64,000 nt of DNA from the human T2T-CHM13v2.0 reference genome, Homo sapiens, in the NCBI RefSeq assembly GCF_009914755.1, contig NC_060925.1. One strand, 5' to 3'. Under the pieces are notes generated by a model. That model was not told where the DNA came from and did not search any database. It saw only the letters and a program-made list of their open reading frames with translations. Below are positions 27,223 through 42,697 of this stretch, one piece after another (the first letter of the stretch is position 1; the number at the start of each line of letters is the position of its first letter). Both the position numbers and the translations under genes were made by a program.

Positions 27223-27532
27223 CTATCTATCTATCTATCCATCCCTCTCTCTATCTTTTGAGATGAGGCCTCGTTCTGTCACCCAAGCTTGGAGAGCAGT
27301 AGTGTGATCACAGCTCATTGCAGCCTTGATCTCCTGGGCTCAAATGATCCTCCCACCTCAGCCTCCTGAGTAGCTGAGACTACAGTCGTGCACCACCATG
27401 CCCGGCTAATTTTTTGTTATTTTTGGTAAAGGTGGGGTTTTGCCATTGGTCTTGAACTCCTGGGCTCAAGGAATCCTCCTACCTTGGCCTCCCAAAATGC
27501 TGGGATCACAGGAATGAGTCACTGCACCTGGA
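27223..27532 (-). mobile_element. AluJ with (CTAT)n-derived tail
   Basis: TSD ATGTTCAACCATT at 27210-27222 and 27534-27546. Confidence 0.9.
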
Positions 27533-27829
27533 AATGTTCAACCATTTTAACCTGTGAGAATGGCAATCACCTATGATTCAAGCAAATATTGTCCTGAAGT
27601 TACTTCATATCATTTGCATGCAAGTTTTTATACTTTTCTCCCATATATATATTTTGTCATAAATACAATGCTTTTTATGGTGCATTTTCAGTTTTTGTAG
27701 TACGGTATTCTGTAAATATCCTCAGTATTTTGTTTTTCTGTGTTTGTTTTTTGAGATTTATCAATATTGATACTTATAAATTTGAGTTGTTTTTTATTCT
27801 TGAATAGTATTCTACCATAAGATTAAGAA

Positions 27830-29320
27830 AAAACTGCACTGAATCTGTATTATCATTTTGAGTACTCTCATCTTAAATTAAATATCCAATATATAAACAT
27901 GAGATGTCTTTCCATTCATTTATGTCTTCTTTTATTTCTTTCAGCAATGTTTTGTAGTCGGTAGTGTATAAGTCTTGTGCTTCCTTGGTTAAATTTATTC
28001 CTAAGACATTTTTTGATGCTATTTTAAATGAAATTGATCTTCTTAAGATCAATTTTACATTGTTGATAGCTAGTATATGGAAATACAATGTATTTTCTAG
28101 CTTGCTTTTGCATCCTGCAACTTTACTGAATGTATTAGTTCTAAGCACAAGTGTGGCACGTGTGTGTGTATGTTTTAGGGTTTTCTACATATAAGATCAT
28201 GTCACCTATTAGTAGGGGTAGTTTTATTTCTTCCTTGCAAATTTGATTGCTTTTTATTTCTCTTATTTAACTCCTCTGGCTACAGCTTCCAGTGTCACGT
28301 TAACAGAAATGTTGAAAGTGGTATCTTTGTTTTCTTCCTTATTTCAGGGGAAAAACTTTCAGTCTTTCACCATTGAATATAATGTGAGCTGAGGGTTTTC
28401 CAAACTATAGAAATGATCCCTTAAAGGACAGTCTTTCCAAGAATTTTTCATATATGACCTTTATAATGTTGTGGCAGTTTCCTTCTATTCCTAGCTTTTT
28501 TTTCTTTTTACTGTTTTTATCATAAAGGAGTGAATTTTGTCAAATGCTGCCCATCAGTTGAAATGATCATGCAAGTTTTCTCCTTCATTCTATTAATGTG
28601 GGACATTACACTGATTAATTTCTATACGTTGAACATCCTTGCATTCCTGGAATAAATCTACTTGGTTAAGGTGTACAATCCTTTAATTATACTGCTGAAT
28701 GGTTTGCTAGTATTGTTAAGAAATTTTGCATCTGTATTCATTAGGGACATTGGTCTGTAGTTTTCTTTTCTTATAATGCCTCTAGTTTTGACATCAGGAT
28801 AATGCTCCCTTCATAGAGCAAGTGAGAGAGTGTTCACTCCTCTTCAAATTTTTGGAAGAGTTTGAGAAGGACTGGCATTAATTTTTCTTTAAGTGTTGGG
28901 TAGACTTCCCCAGTAAAGCCAACTGGCCCTGGGCTTTTCTTTGGTGGGAGGTTTGCGATTAGTGATTTTATTTCTTTAAGAGTTACGGGGTCTATTTGGA
29001 TTTTCAATTTATTCTTAAGTCATTTTGGTGATTTGTGTATTTCCAGGAATGTGTCCATTTCATCTAGGTTACTCAACTTGGTGGCATACACTTCTTCAGA
29101 GTATCATCTTATAACCCTTTCTATTTCTCTCAAGTCAGGAGTAATATCTTTTTTCATTTCTGATTCAGTATTTCATTTTTCTCTTTTTCCTCCTTAGTCA
29201 ATCCATTTAAAGTTTTGTCAGTTTTGCTGATTTTTCAAATAACCAACTTTCGGTTTCGGTCATTATTCTCTATTGCTTTTCAATTATCGATTTCATTTAT
29301 TTCCGTTGTAATCTTTACAC
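27830..29320 (-). mobile_element. L1M ORF2 fragment
   Basis: ORF 27873..28148 LGINLTKEAQDLYTTDYKTLLKEIKEDINEWKDI is ORF2p-like. Confidence 0.85.
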
Positions 29321-29339
29321 CAATAAATTGGTTAACCAA

Positions 29340-31240
<1,901 letters not shown>

Positions 31241-31269
31241 AGTAAGTGTATTTCTATCAGCTCCCTTGC

Positions 31270-31404
31270 ATAAATTTTAAAATATAAAATTAAAAATTTT
31301 AAAATATATTTTAAAATATATTTAAAATTTTAAAATATATTTAAAATTTTAAAATAATTTTAAAATATATTTTAAAATTATTTTAAAATATATTTTAAAA
31401 ATTT
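31270..31404. repeat. Pure-AT palindromic repeat
   Basis: 135 nt without G or C; perfect 44-bp palindrome at 31346-31389. Confidence 0.93.
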
Positions 31405-32568
31405 CAATAGCTTTAGGGGTACAGTGGTTTTTGGTTACATGGATGAATTGTATAATGGTAAACTCTGGGCTTTAGTGTACCCATCACCCAAATAGTGTAC
31501 GTTGTACCCAACAGGTGACTTTTCATCCCTCACCTCCCTCTTCCATCCTCCCCTCACTCTGAGTCTCCAGTGTCCACTCTACTACTCTGTAGACCTCTGC
31601 ATACCCATAGCTTAGCTCCAACTTCTAAGTGAGAACATGCAGTATTTGATTTTCTGTTCCTGAGTTACCCCACTTAGGATAATGGCCTTCAGTTCCATCT
31701 ATATGCTGCAGAATACATTATTTTGTTCTTTTTTATGGCTAGTGATATTCCAAGGTGTGTCTGTGTGCACATCCCATTTACTTTATCCACTCATTGGCTG
31801 ATGAGGACTTAGGTTGATTCCCTATCTTTGCAATTGTGAATTGTGCTGCAATAAACATATGAGTATATGTATCCTTTTGTATAGAATGACTTCCTTTGTG
31901 TAGATACCTACTAGTGGAATTCCTGGATCGAATGGTACATCTACTAGTAGTTCTTTGAGAAATCTCCATACTGTTTTCCACAGAGGTTGTACTAATTTAC
32001 ATTCCCACCAACAGCATGTAAGCATTCCCTTTTTACCGCATCTACATTAACATCTATTGTTTTTTGACTTTTTTAAAATGACCATTCTGATTGGGGTAAA
32101 ATGGTATCTCACTGTGGTTTTATTTGGTAGTTTCCTGATGATTTGTGATGTTGAACATTTTTTCCCATGTTTGTTGGCCATTTGCACATATTTTCTTTCG
32201 AGAAATGTGTATTCATGTTGCTTGCCCACTTTTTAATGGAATTATTTGAATTTTTTCTTGCTGATTTGAGTTCTTTATAAGATTCTGGGTATTAGCCCTT
32301 TTTCAGAAGTAAAGTTTGCAAATATTTCCTCCCAAACTGTAAGTTGTCTATTTACTTTGTTGATGATTTCTTTTGCTGTGCAGAAGCTTGTGAGTTTAAT
32401 TAAGCCCCATTTATTTATTTTTGTTTTTACTGTATTTGCTTTTGGGGACTTAAGTCACACATTCTTTGCCTAGGTCAATCTCCGGAAGAATTTTTCATAG
32501 GTTTTCTTCTAGAATTTTTTATGGTTTCAGGTCTTACATTTATGTCTCCAATCCATCTTGAGTTAATT
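31405..32568 (-). mobile_element. 5'-truncated L1PB/L1MA 3' end
   Basis: [22 protein letters not shown] (ORF2p C-terminal domain) and L1 3' UTR. Confidence 0.9.
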
Positions 32569-33059
32569 CTTGCATTTTTAATAGTGTTTGTTTTGTGCAT
32601 ATAGATGCTGTTATTTGGTGCAAATAAATATGTTTCTCATTTATGCTACACATGATCTACTTATCACGTTTAATATCTGAAATCTACTTAGCCTCAAATT
32701 ATTATTGTTGCCTCTGTTTACTTTTTGTGTCATTTGATGATTAAGCTTTTCCTCATTCTTATTTTTTCCAGTTTGCTGTGTAATTTTATTCTAGGTGAGA
32801 TTTTTTGTAAGGAACATCTAGTTATATTTCCTAACCCAATTTGAAGGCTTTTAAAGCTTTAACTGTATACATTTTATGCCAGAAATAACACTGGTTTTGA
32901 CAGCTGTTTGTGTTTTTATATCCTAAGTACAATGCCTCATGACCAAAAGAAGACACTAATTGTAAGGCTTAGCCATCAGAATGTCTAGCAGGTATTTGGA
33001 ACACATCTTTCTTTGACCCCAAGTTTAAAAGTGGGCCATTATTTGAGTGTGATAAGGGA

Positions 33060-34130
33060 AGTATCAAATAGAAACCTATTTTCAGCCTTTCATCTCTCTT
33101 CCGCTGGTGCATCTGTTCTACTCCTCTGGCCTTGCTTCACTTGTAAAGCAGTAGCTTACAATCATTAACCTCTGCGTAACTGCCATCAATCACCGAACTC
33201 TTCAGGCTGAATATCTCAACCAGAAAGTAGAAAGTCACAACTCAGGAAAGTTCCACTTCAACTCTGGCACGATGCTTCACAAATGATCTTGATACACCTT
33301 GCAAAAATGTGTCCTCAAACCAACTTCCATTATTGACCATGAATATTTTCCAGCACTCAATCCCAACCTTCCACATTCTCACTGCTTCCCTCCCTCCTGA
33401 CTTCCCTTTCAAATTTTCTCTTCCCTCTCTCCTATCCATTTCCTTAGCCCTCTCCTCCTTAATCATTTCCACAGCTCTAATTAAACTCTGAATTTCCAGA
33501 CATATTTATTTCCATTTTAACTCCCAGAAGTGCTATATTTCTAGCCATTAGACAATTCTATCTGAAATTAATTACCAAAAACCAGCTATAATCCTCTTCC
33601 TTAAACTTTCTCCCAGTATTTTCCCCAGTATTATCAGACTAAAATAGGAGTCCTCAATTTCTTGATAATTTCTATGGAATTCACACTTCCTTTCCCTTTG
33701 TTGCCTATGTTCTGCTTTAGTAAGAGCTCTGTCACTTAACACTGTATTACTGCAGTAGTCTCTTAATGAGATTCCCTTTTCCAGGCTCTTCTCCATAAGA
33801 GTCTATTCCAACAAAACTTGAAAAAATCCAGTTGCTGCGTGTCATTTCCTTACTTCAGCATCTACAGTTCTGTTAAGTGGATCAAGCAAACATACGAGGT
33901 CGACTTTCAAGAAGCCGCAGTGTATTCACAGGCCACCTGTCCGCTGTTTACATCCAGATTCTATCCACCACAGATTCCCAGTTCCTCCAGTCAGCATATC
34001 TTCATTCACTTCTCTTGTTACTACTTTTTTTTCTCACATTGTTTTCCCATTCTGAAATGTCCCATTTCCTTCATTTCCCAATCCTGTATTCCTTCAAACA
34101 CATTTTTCCATGAATTTTTCCAAACCCAGG
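33060..34130 (+). mobile_element. Degenerate L2 fragments
   Basis: Pyrimidine-rich L2-like sequence (cattactgcagtagtctcttaatg-type segments). Ends approximate. Confidence 0.45.
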
Positions 34131-34887
34131 GAGGTGGAAGTGGAGTTAAAGGAGCCTTATAATCAAGAAAACAATGACGGCAGGTAGAAGCATAGTCTAT
34201 GTAAAGGAATGGAGAGTGCTAATAATGGTTAATGTGTAGCATTTTCAACCACTTTAAAATATAATTATCTAAAGCAAAATCTAATTACCATTACCATGTA
34301 TTGTGGTGTTTATTAACATATGTGAAAGTAAACTGTAAGAAAATAATAGCCTAAAGAATAGATGGAGGAAACAGAAATATGCTGTTGTATGAGAATTGGT
34401 TATGACTCAAGGTAGACTAAGTTAAACATGTGTACTGCAAACTCTAGAAACAACCTCCAAACAATAAAACAGACATACAAGAAGACAATAGCAGTGATAA
34501 AATGGAACCATAAAATATTCAACAAATCCAAAAGAAGGCAGACAAAGAGAAAAAAAGGAACAAAGAAAAAAAAAACAAACAGCAAGATTGTATATTTAAA
34601 CCCAAGTATGTCATTAAGTACATTAAATGAAAACGGGCTACCCATTACATTAAGTCGTATTTTCTAATGAATAACAGAAAAACAAGAATTGACTATATGC
34701 TGTCTAAAAGAATATCCACTTAAATATAATTGGCATAGGTTAAAGGTATAATGATGGGAAAAGATATATTACACAAAAGCAAAAGAAAGGTGGAGTACTT
34801 ATATTAATATCAGATGAAGTAGATGTCAAAACAAATATTGCTGCCATCTATACAGAAGAACATTTCCTAATGATAAGGAGGTAAAGA

Positions 34888-35027
34888 TGAGCGCAGTGAT
34901 GTATGCTTGCAATCCCAGCTACTCAAAAGCCTGAGGCAAGAGGATTGCTTGAGCCCAGGAGTTCAAATCCAGCCTGCACAAAATAGCAAGACCCCATCTC
35001 TTAAAAAAAAAAAGAAAAAGAAAAAAA
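34888..35027 (+). mobile_element. FLAM_C-like Alu monomer
   Basis: gaggattgcttgagcccaggagttc plus A tail. Confidence 0.8.
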
Positions 35028-35283
35028 GATGAGGTAAATTCACCAAGAAAACAATCCTTAATCTAAATATGTATGCAACTAACAATGAGGCTTCAAAACA
35101 CATGAGGCAAAACCTAAAAGATAAAGTCCACGATTATAGTTGACGACATCAACTATCTTTTTCAGAAACCAATAGAACAAGTAGGCAGAAAATCAGTAAG
35201 AATATAGAAGACATAAACAATACTACCAGCTGTCTTGACCTAATGAACACTGGTAGAACAATTTATGCAATAAAAGCAGAATA

Positions 35284-35705
35284 CAGTTGACCCTTGAACA
35301 ACATGAGATTGAATTGCATGGGCCCACGTACACCCGGATTTTCTTCTGCATCTGCCACCTCTTGAGACAGCCAAGTCCAATCCCTCCTCTTCCTCCTCCT
35401 CCTCAGCCTACTTAACATGAAGACAACGAGGAGGAAGACCTTTACGATAATCCACTTCCACTTCATGAATAGTAAATATATTTCCTCTTCCTTATGATTT
35501 TATTAATAATATTTCCCTTCCTGTAGCTTACTATATTATAAAAATACAGTATATAATACAAATAACATACAAAATATGTGTTAATCAACTGTTCATTAAG
35601 GCTTCGTCAACAGTGGGCTACTAGTAGTTAAGTTTCTAGGAAGTCAAAAGTTACTGGGTTTTTGAGCATGGTGCCCGTAACTCCCACATTGTTCAAGGGT
35701 CAATG
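35284..35705. mobile_element. Tigger2a (MER28)-like element
   Basis: TIRs cagttgacccttgaacaa and ttgttcaagggtcaatg, TA duplications on both sides. Confidence 0.9.
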
Positions 35706-36652
35706 TATAGATTCTTTCAAGTGTATATAGAACATACAGCAACATAAGCCATTTTCTGGGCCATAAAACAAATCTTTTAAAGTGTAAAACAATTAAAATC
35801 ATATAAAATATGTTCTCCAACCAAAAGAGAATTAAGCTAGGAATCAGTAACAGAAAGATATCTGAAAAATCCATATATTTGGAAATTAATCAACACACTT
35901 ACAAATAACCCTTAAGAAGGAATCACAAGGGGAATTAAAACTCTTTTGAAATGAAAACACAGCACATCAAAATGTGCAAAGCATGACTAACAGTCCTTAG
36001 AGAGAAACTTAACTTAGATGATAAATTCCTTGAAAGACACAAAGAGCAAAATTCATCTGAGTAACAACAGATAACCACAACAGCCCTGTAACTATTAAAT
36101 AAATTGAATTCACAGTGAAAAACTTACCAACAAAGACAAAACTCCAGGTCTAGGGAGAGCTTCACTAGTAAATCCCACCAAATATTTCATTAATAAATAA
36201 TACAAATCCCATACAAACAATTCAATAAAATTAAAGAGAAAGGAGGAGTACTTCCCCTTTTGTTTTTAAAAAGCAAACATGATCCTGAAGTGAAAATTAT
36301 ACAAAGACATTTTAGGAAAAGAAGATGACATAGTAATATCACTCAGGATTTCAGGATGCAAATATCCTTAGAAATACAATGTACCAACGCTAGCAATATA
36401 TAATAACACATCATGAACAAGTGGTTTTTTTCAACAGGAATGCAAGGTTCACTCAACTTTGGAAAATCAATGTTAATTCACCATTTTAACAGAACATAAA
36501 AGAGAAAAGCCATATGATCATTGCAGTAAGTGCAGAAAAAGCTTTAATAAAATTCAATACCCATTCATGATTTTAAAAACTCTCAGTAACCTAGGACTAG
36601 AACTTCCTCAATCTGATAAAGGAGGCATAAAACATCTATATTATAACATCAT

Positions 36653-37770
36653 GTTTTTATAACATATTCAAATAATTCTGGACTTAGAGAAGACTTACAA
36701 AAATATAGTACACATAGTTACCATATGCCCTTTACCCACCTTCCTCTGTATCTTGTATAGCCATAGTATGAATATCAAAACAAAGAAATTAACATCAGTG
36801 CAATACTATTAACTAAACTACCAACTTTATTTCAATTTCACCAGTTTTTCTACCAATGCCCCTGCCTAGTCCAGGACCCAACCCAGGATCCCACATCGCA
36901 GTTAAGTCATCATGCCACTTTAGTCTCTCCAATCTATGAGTGTTCCATCATCATTCTTTGCCTATCATGAGGCTAACACTTTTAAAGTTATCAGGCCAGG
37001 TATTTCGAGGAATGTCCCTCCCTGTGAGTTCTTCAGGTTTCCTCATGATTATACTGAGGTTATGCATCTTGGAGGAGAGCACTTCAAAAGTACTGTGCCC
37101 TTCTCAGAGCATCTTATCATGGGTTCCATGAAGTCAACATCTTACTTACTGGTGATGTTAACCGTGATCACTTGGTTAAAACTGTGTTTTCCAGATCTCT
37201 CCACTGTAAAGTTAGTCATTTTACCTTTGTAAATGATAAATGTTCACAGGGAGATATCTTGAGAGTATGGAAATATCCTCTTTCCTAAACTTTTGCTTAC
37301 TAATTTTAATATTCATAGGTGAATTCTGAATGAGCAATTTTCACTCTGGAGTTCTAATGGTGATTTGATTTTCTACTCTACTCACCTCTTTTACATTAAT
37401 TGGAATTCATCTGTAAGGAAGACATGTCCCTCTCAACACTTTATTTAGACAATCAATCACTTATTTATGCAATATAGACTCATGATTACATATTTCATCC
37501 TTTGGATCATAAACTAACACTATATTTACTTTATTACTGAAATTGTTTCAGCTTCTGCTACAGGACCCTTCAGCTTGGGCTGTTTTCTAGGTCTTGCCTT
37601 TTTTTTTTAAGGCTCCCTCCTTACTTTCTGACACCACAAAATTCTCCACGCTCATCTTTTTTTCTCCCCCTATACTAGTGCTGAAATCAGTCGCGTCCTC
37701 AAGGAGCCTTGGTTCCTTTTATTGGAGAATAATAGTTAGAAACCCAGATCTGGCTGCTAGATGTGCTCAT
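36653..37770 (-). mobile_element. L1MC/MD-like 3' UTR nested in L1
   Basis: Antisense old-L1 3' end flanked by TAACATCAT at 36644-36652 and 37771-37779. Confidence 0.7.
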
Positions 37771-40512
37771 TAACATCATATTTAATGGTAAAAGGTGCTT
37801 TTCTCCCTAAGACTAGAAACAAAGTCAGGATGCTCACTCTTACCACTATTCAACATTATAATGAAGGTCTTAGCCAATACAGCAAGGCAAAAGAAGAAAG
37901 GAAATGCATACAGATTAGAAATGAAGTAAAACTTTATTTACAGAAGATATGATTGTCTGTGCAGAGAATTGTAAGTAATCTACAAAAAAGGTTACTACAA
38001 CTAATTCTTGCAAGCCTGCAGGAGAAAAGGTCAATATGAAAAAACCAACTGTATTTCTATATACTGGCAGTAAAACAAAGTGAAAATGAAATTTTAAATA
38101 TCATTTCCCTTGGAAGACATGAAACACACGTAAGGATAAACCTAACAAAATTTGTGTAAGACTTAAACATTGAAAATTACAAAACATTACTGTGAGAAAT
38201 TAAAGACCACCTAAATAAATGGAGAAATAAATTGCATTCATGGATCTGAAGACTCATTGTTAAGATGTCAGCTCTTCCTAAATTTATCTACAGATTCAAC
38301 ACAATCTCACACAAAATCTTAGCAGACTGACAGAGTGTAAAATTTACGTAGAAATCTATATAGACATTAATCTAGATAAATTCATGCTATAAAACACCCT
38401 GCTAGAGAATCTTAAAAGCTTGAAGGTAGTTAAAGGATCATATCTTTTGCATGAGTAAATGACCTGTCCATTTCCACAAAGAAAGCAAGAAGCAAATCCA
38501 GGACCAGGATCCAACTTTGTTCTTTCATGTTTTGATACTGTGCTCTTTAGAGTGGTACATCATGCTACTTGTAATTAAGATTACTTTCACTTTTTACTTT
38601 GCCTAGAAAGAGATTCAGATCTCCTCAACAGATGCCAGAATCTCTAGATGTGCCATCACCTCTCGATGTGCAGCAATAAGTAGAAAAATAACCAATAATT
38701 ATGTGATAATAAATTAAGAATAAATTTATCAAAACAATAAAAATGTAACAATAATCCCTGATCTTAGGAATGAATTGACTTTTACAATAAATTACACATT
38801 TTAAAGATATAAGGACTCCATTAAAATGTTTTATTTTATAAATTATTTAGTAATTTACACTAAAACACTGAAATTTTAACTGAATTCATTAAAACAGCTA
38901 CTAACCCCCAGGCTGGTTCTCAAAATTAATTTCATGTTCATCTGTGATATGATACAAACCCAAATAGACTCAATCACATTTTCCTTTTAGAAAGAAACTC
39001 AAATTTAAAAGTGCTGCTATAATAAAGTTGCTCCTTCAAGTATATATGGGGCGGCAGAGAACACCAGAGCCTCGCGGGTCACACAGGACACCATGAGTAA
39101 GCCTGTAGATGGCACCAATCCACGACCAATCTATTGTTTACAGAAACAGTCATTTTGGGTTGTGCTTCTTTATGCAAGATATTTAACACCTTTGCTCAAA
39201 TTAAGTGGCACCCATTAAAAAAAAATAATTATAACAACTTGAACGAATTTATCTACATGTCATCAGAAGGTGTTTAGGCAGCTCCTCCTCCCTGCCAGAG
39301 CTGCTGGCTCCCCTAATTCCATTCCCACATGGTAGCTCCTGGCTGTCTTACTATCACCTTTACACTGGGCATGTCTAACCCAGTGGAGCTGAGATAGGAC
39401 AGGCCTTGCTTCCTTACTGGTATACTGGTTGGGCTCTCAGAGCTTTCTCCAGGTGGGGCCAAACTCTTATTCAACATGAATAGCTGAACACTGAGATAAG
39501 GAAACGTTGTAGCAAATCTTATTTCCTCACAGGACTAAGAAGGTCCATATTTTGGCCCTTCCTTGAATTTACAGGGCCACATTGGTACCTCAACCATTGT
39601 CTCTTAAAGAAATGGTTCTTTTCCTCTTCTTTTTTTTGGAGTAAGTCCTCCTAGAAGAGGGTGTCTAGAAAGGATGATATTTAGTTGTAGCTTATTATTA
39701 GCTATTTATTAAAAATAAAACCATGCATGATTTCTGGGAGAGACAGCAAGCCCTTCTTCCTTCCAGGTTCTTTTGTAGTGTACTGACACGATGAAAACAG
39801 TACACAGCTCATTAGAGGCATTCCTATATATGCATGCAACTCATAAGGAACATCCTCAGTGATACTAAGTGGATATAAAATTGTCTGTAAGAAGTGAATA
39901 AACATTTAGGAATGCTCAAGTGCTTCTCATAAAGGTTGTGAAGGATTCAGTACTTAACATGGTACTTTATACATAGTAGAAACTCAAGATATGTGAGTTG
40001 AATCGAGTAGAGGTGTCTAATATGATGCACCTATTTTAAATTCCTAGTTACAAGAAACAGAAAATCACCATACTCCCAGTAACCAATAACATAATACAGA
40101 CATGAAGTGCTTGTGTTACTTCCTCCTAACTCATCTAATTCATATGACATAATTCTATGTTTACCTTAAGGCTTAACAGAGAAGAACACTTGGCACATAA
40201 CAGACCCCAAATAAATGTTGTTGACTAATAAATGTTTCAGAGAAAAATATGAAATGTTGGAATAAACTGAAATGGATGAACTAAAAATAATTACAGAAAA
40301 ATTCGGAGTAGATTATTGAATGAAAAACATTTCATAGTAAACATTTTATACAAGCATCTGAAAATCAAAGTATCAAAATCCCTGTCTGTACTAACAATAT
40401 CTGAGGTAGTGGGGGAAAAAAAAAAAAAAAAAAAGCAGGGGGAGGGGGGGACAGACATAATAATTTCCTGCTCCTGAACTTAAGCAAAAATTGCAGTACT
40501 AAGAACAAGAAG

Positions 40513-40813
40513 GGTGGGTGCAGTGGTTCACGTCTGTAATCCAGCACTTTGGGAGGCCAAGGAGAGAGGATTGTTTGAGCCCAGGAATTCAGTACCATAC
40601 TGGGAAACATGGCAAAACCTACAAAAAGTACCAAAAACGTAGGCAGGTATGGTGGCTCATGCCTGCAGTCCGAGCTACTTGGTAGGCTGAGGTGAGAGGA
40701 TACTTGAGCCTGGGGAGGTAGAGGCTGCTGAGCTGTGATCGTGCCGTGCCACTGCACTCCAGCCTGGCCAACAGAGACCTTGCCTCAAAAAATAAATAAA
40801 TAAATGAATAAAA
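40513..40813 (+). mobile_element. AluJ
   Basis: Alu dimer with (TAAA)n tail. Confidence 0.9.
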
Positions 40814-40861
40814 AGTAATAAGCAGATCACAATAAAACTAAACATATGTAATTAGTAGTGG

Positions 40862-41168
<307 letters not shown>

Positions 41169-41680
41169 TAGTAGTATTAATTTTGTGGGCAATAAAGTTC
41201 TGTTTCAAATGACAGAGAAGTCCAAAGTAAGACACTGTGTTTACTACCTTCATTAAATATTAAAAACAAATTTCTTTAAATTTCTTTTAAAACAAGGATT
41301 TGTATAAATGAATCTGAAGTGTTCACTTTAAAATTAAAGACATAAGGGCAAATTAAAAAATTTTAACTAGTTTTCTTAAAGAAAAATTAACACTTGGTAT
41401 CTTTATTAAAATTAAAGAAATAATGAGAGGCAAACAAATTATTATGGGAAAAAAATAGAAAAATTCTGTGATCATGTTGAGCAAAATCTCAAGAGGCATT
41501 TGGGGAGTCAAAATCATGAGTAAAATTTTGTGCACAGAAGTTCAATAATCACTTAAATGTCGGTAAAATGGAAAGTATCATTACATCATTAACTTTTATT
41601 CACTTAAAATATTTTTGCTATAAATTCATTTTAGCAGTGCAGCCAAAATATATACACACTATGCCATAAAGAAATCTTAC

Positions 41681-41768
41681 CTTTTTATCATATACATCTT
41701 GCCAGTTTACTCCAGAGAAGAAACTGTGTCTCATAATTTCTTTTGCATCATCTGGTCCTCCACCAAGG
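41681..41768 (-). CDS. AKT3: AKT3 coding exon, aa 388-417
   Basis: (R)[29 protein letters not shown]. Acceptor CATAG|C, donor AAG|GTAAGA. 88 nt, phase matches the previous exon. Confidence 0.99.
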
Positions 41769-41959
41769 CTATGAGAACAGAAATAAAATTAAGTAAGTAT
41801 AAAACATTTACATAAGCTCAAAGCATAACAAAAAATATTTTGTGAAAGTGTAATTTTCTGTGTAATAAACAGTTCTTGGGATAAATAGCTCTAAAAGTAA
41901 AAAGCTTTTGCTATAAGATCTATTTTTCCTAATATGCTTATAAGAACTAGCTTCAGAAC

Positions 41960-42133
41960 AGTATGGTATTTGGAAAAGAGCAGAGGCTTTAGAGATAGAT
42001 CTGGAAGAGGCAATCATGTCTGGCACTTATGAGATGTGTGACAACAGAAAAGAGGCTTAACCTCAGTTTTCTCATCTGCAGAGTGGGGAATGATAACGTT
42101 TGCTGGTGGGTCACTGCAAGGGTTAGAAACAAC
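41960..42133 (+). mobile_element. MIR fragment
   Basis: cctcagttttctcatctgcagagtggggaatgataa core. Confidence 0.65.
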
Positions 42134-42138
42134 ATAGG

Positions 42139-42497
42139 AATATGGTTTGGCTGTGTCTCCACCCAAATCTCATCTTGAACTGTAGCTCCCATAATCCCCA
42201 TGTGTCATGGGAGGTACCAGGTGGGAGGTAACTGAATCATGGGGGCAGGTTTTTCCCATGCTGTTCTCATGATAGTCAATAAGTCTCATGAGATCTGATG
42301 GTTTTATAAAGGGCGATTCCCCTGCACATGCCCTTGCCTGCTGCCCTGTAAGATGTGCCTCTGCTCCTCCTTCACCTTCTGCCATGATTGTGAGGCCTCC
42401 CCAGCCATGTGGAACTGTAAGTCCAATAAACCCCTTTTTCTTTATAAATTATGCGGTCTCAGGTATTTCTTCATAGCAGAATGAAAATGGACTAATA
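42139..42497 (+). mobile_element. THE1 (THE1C-like) solo LTR
   Basis: atatggtttggctgtgtctccacccaaatctcatcttgaa...catagcagaatgaaaatggactaata; 5-bp TSD ATAGG. Confidence 0.93.
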
Positions 42498-42697
42498 ATA
42501 GGTAAAGAAATTTCAGTGTTTTCTGGCTTATTCAGTTTAATATAGTATATATTACTAAGCATAAAAGAACTAAAAGTGAGAAATAGGAAGAACAGGAGGA
42601 AAAGAGGGGAAAAGAACAAGGAAAGGAAGATAAAATAAACCTATTTAAATCTGAATTTTATATAGTAGGCTTTATTTGGACTTGTTCATTATTAGAA

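Larger units (their letters stand above)
34230..38370 (+). mobile_element. Old L1M ORF2 relic hosting nested FLAM, Tigger2a and an antisense L1 3' end
   Basis: L1 ORF2-like sequence resumes colinearly after each insertion. Confidence 0.8.
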
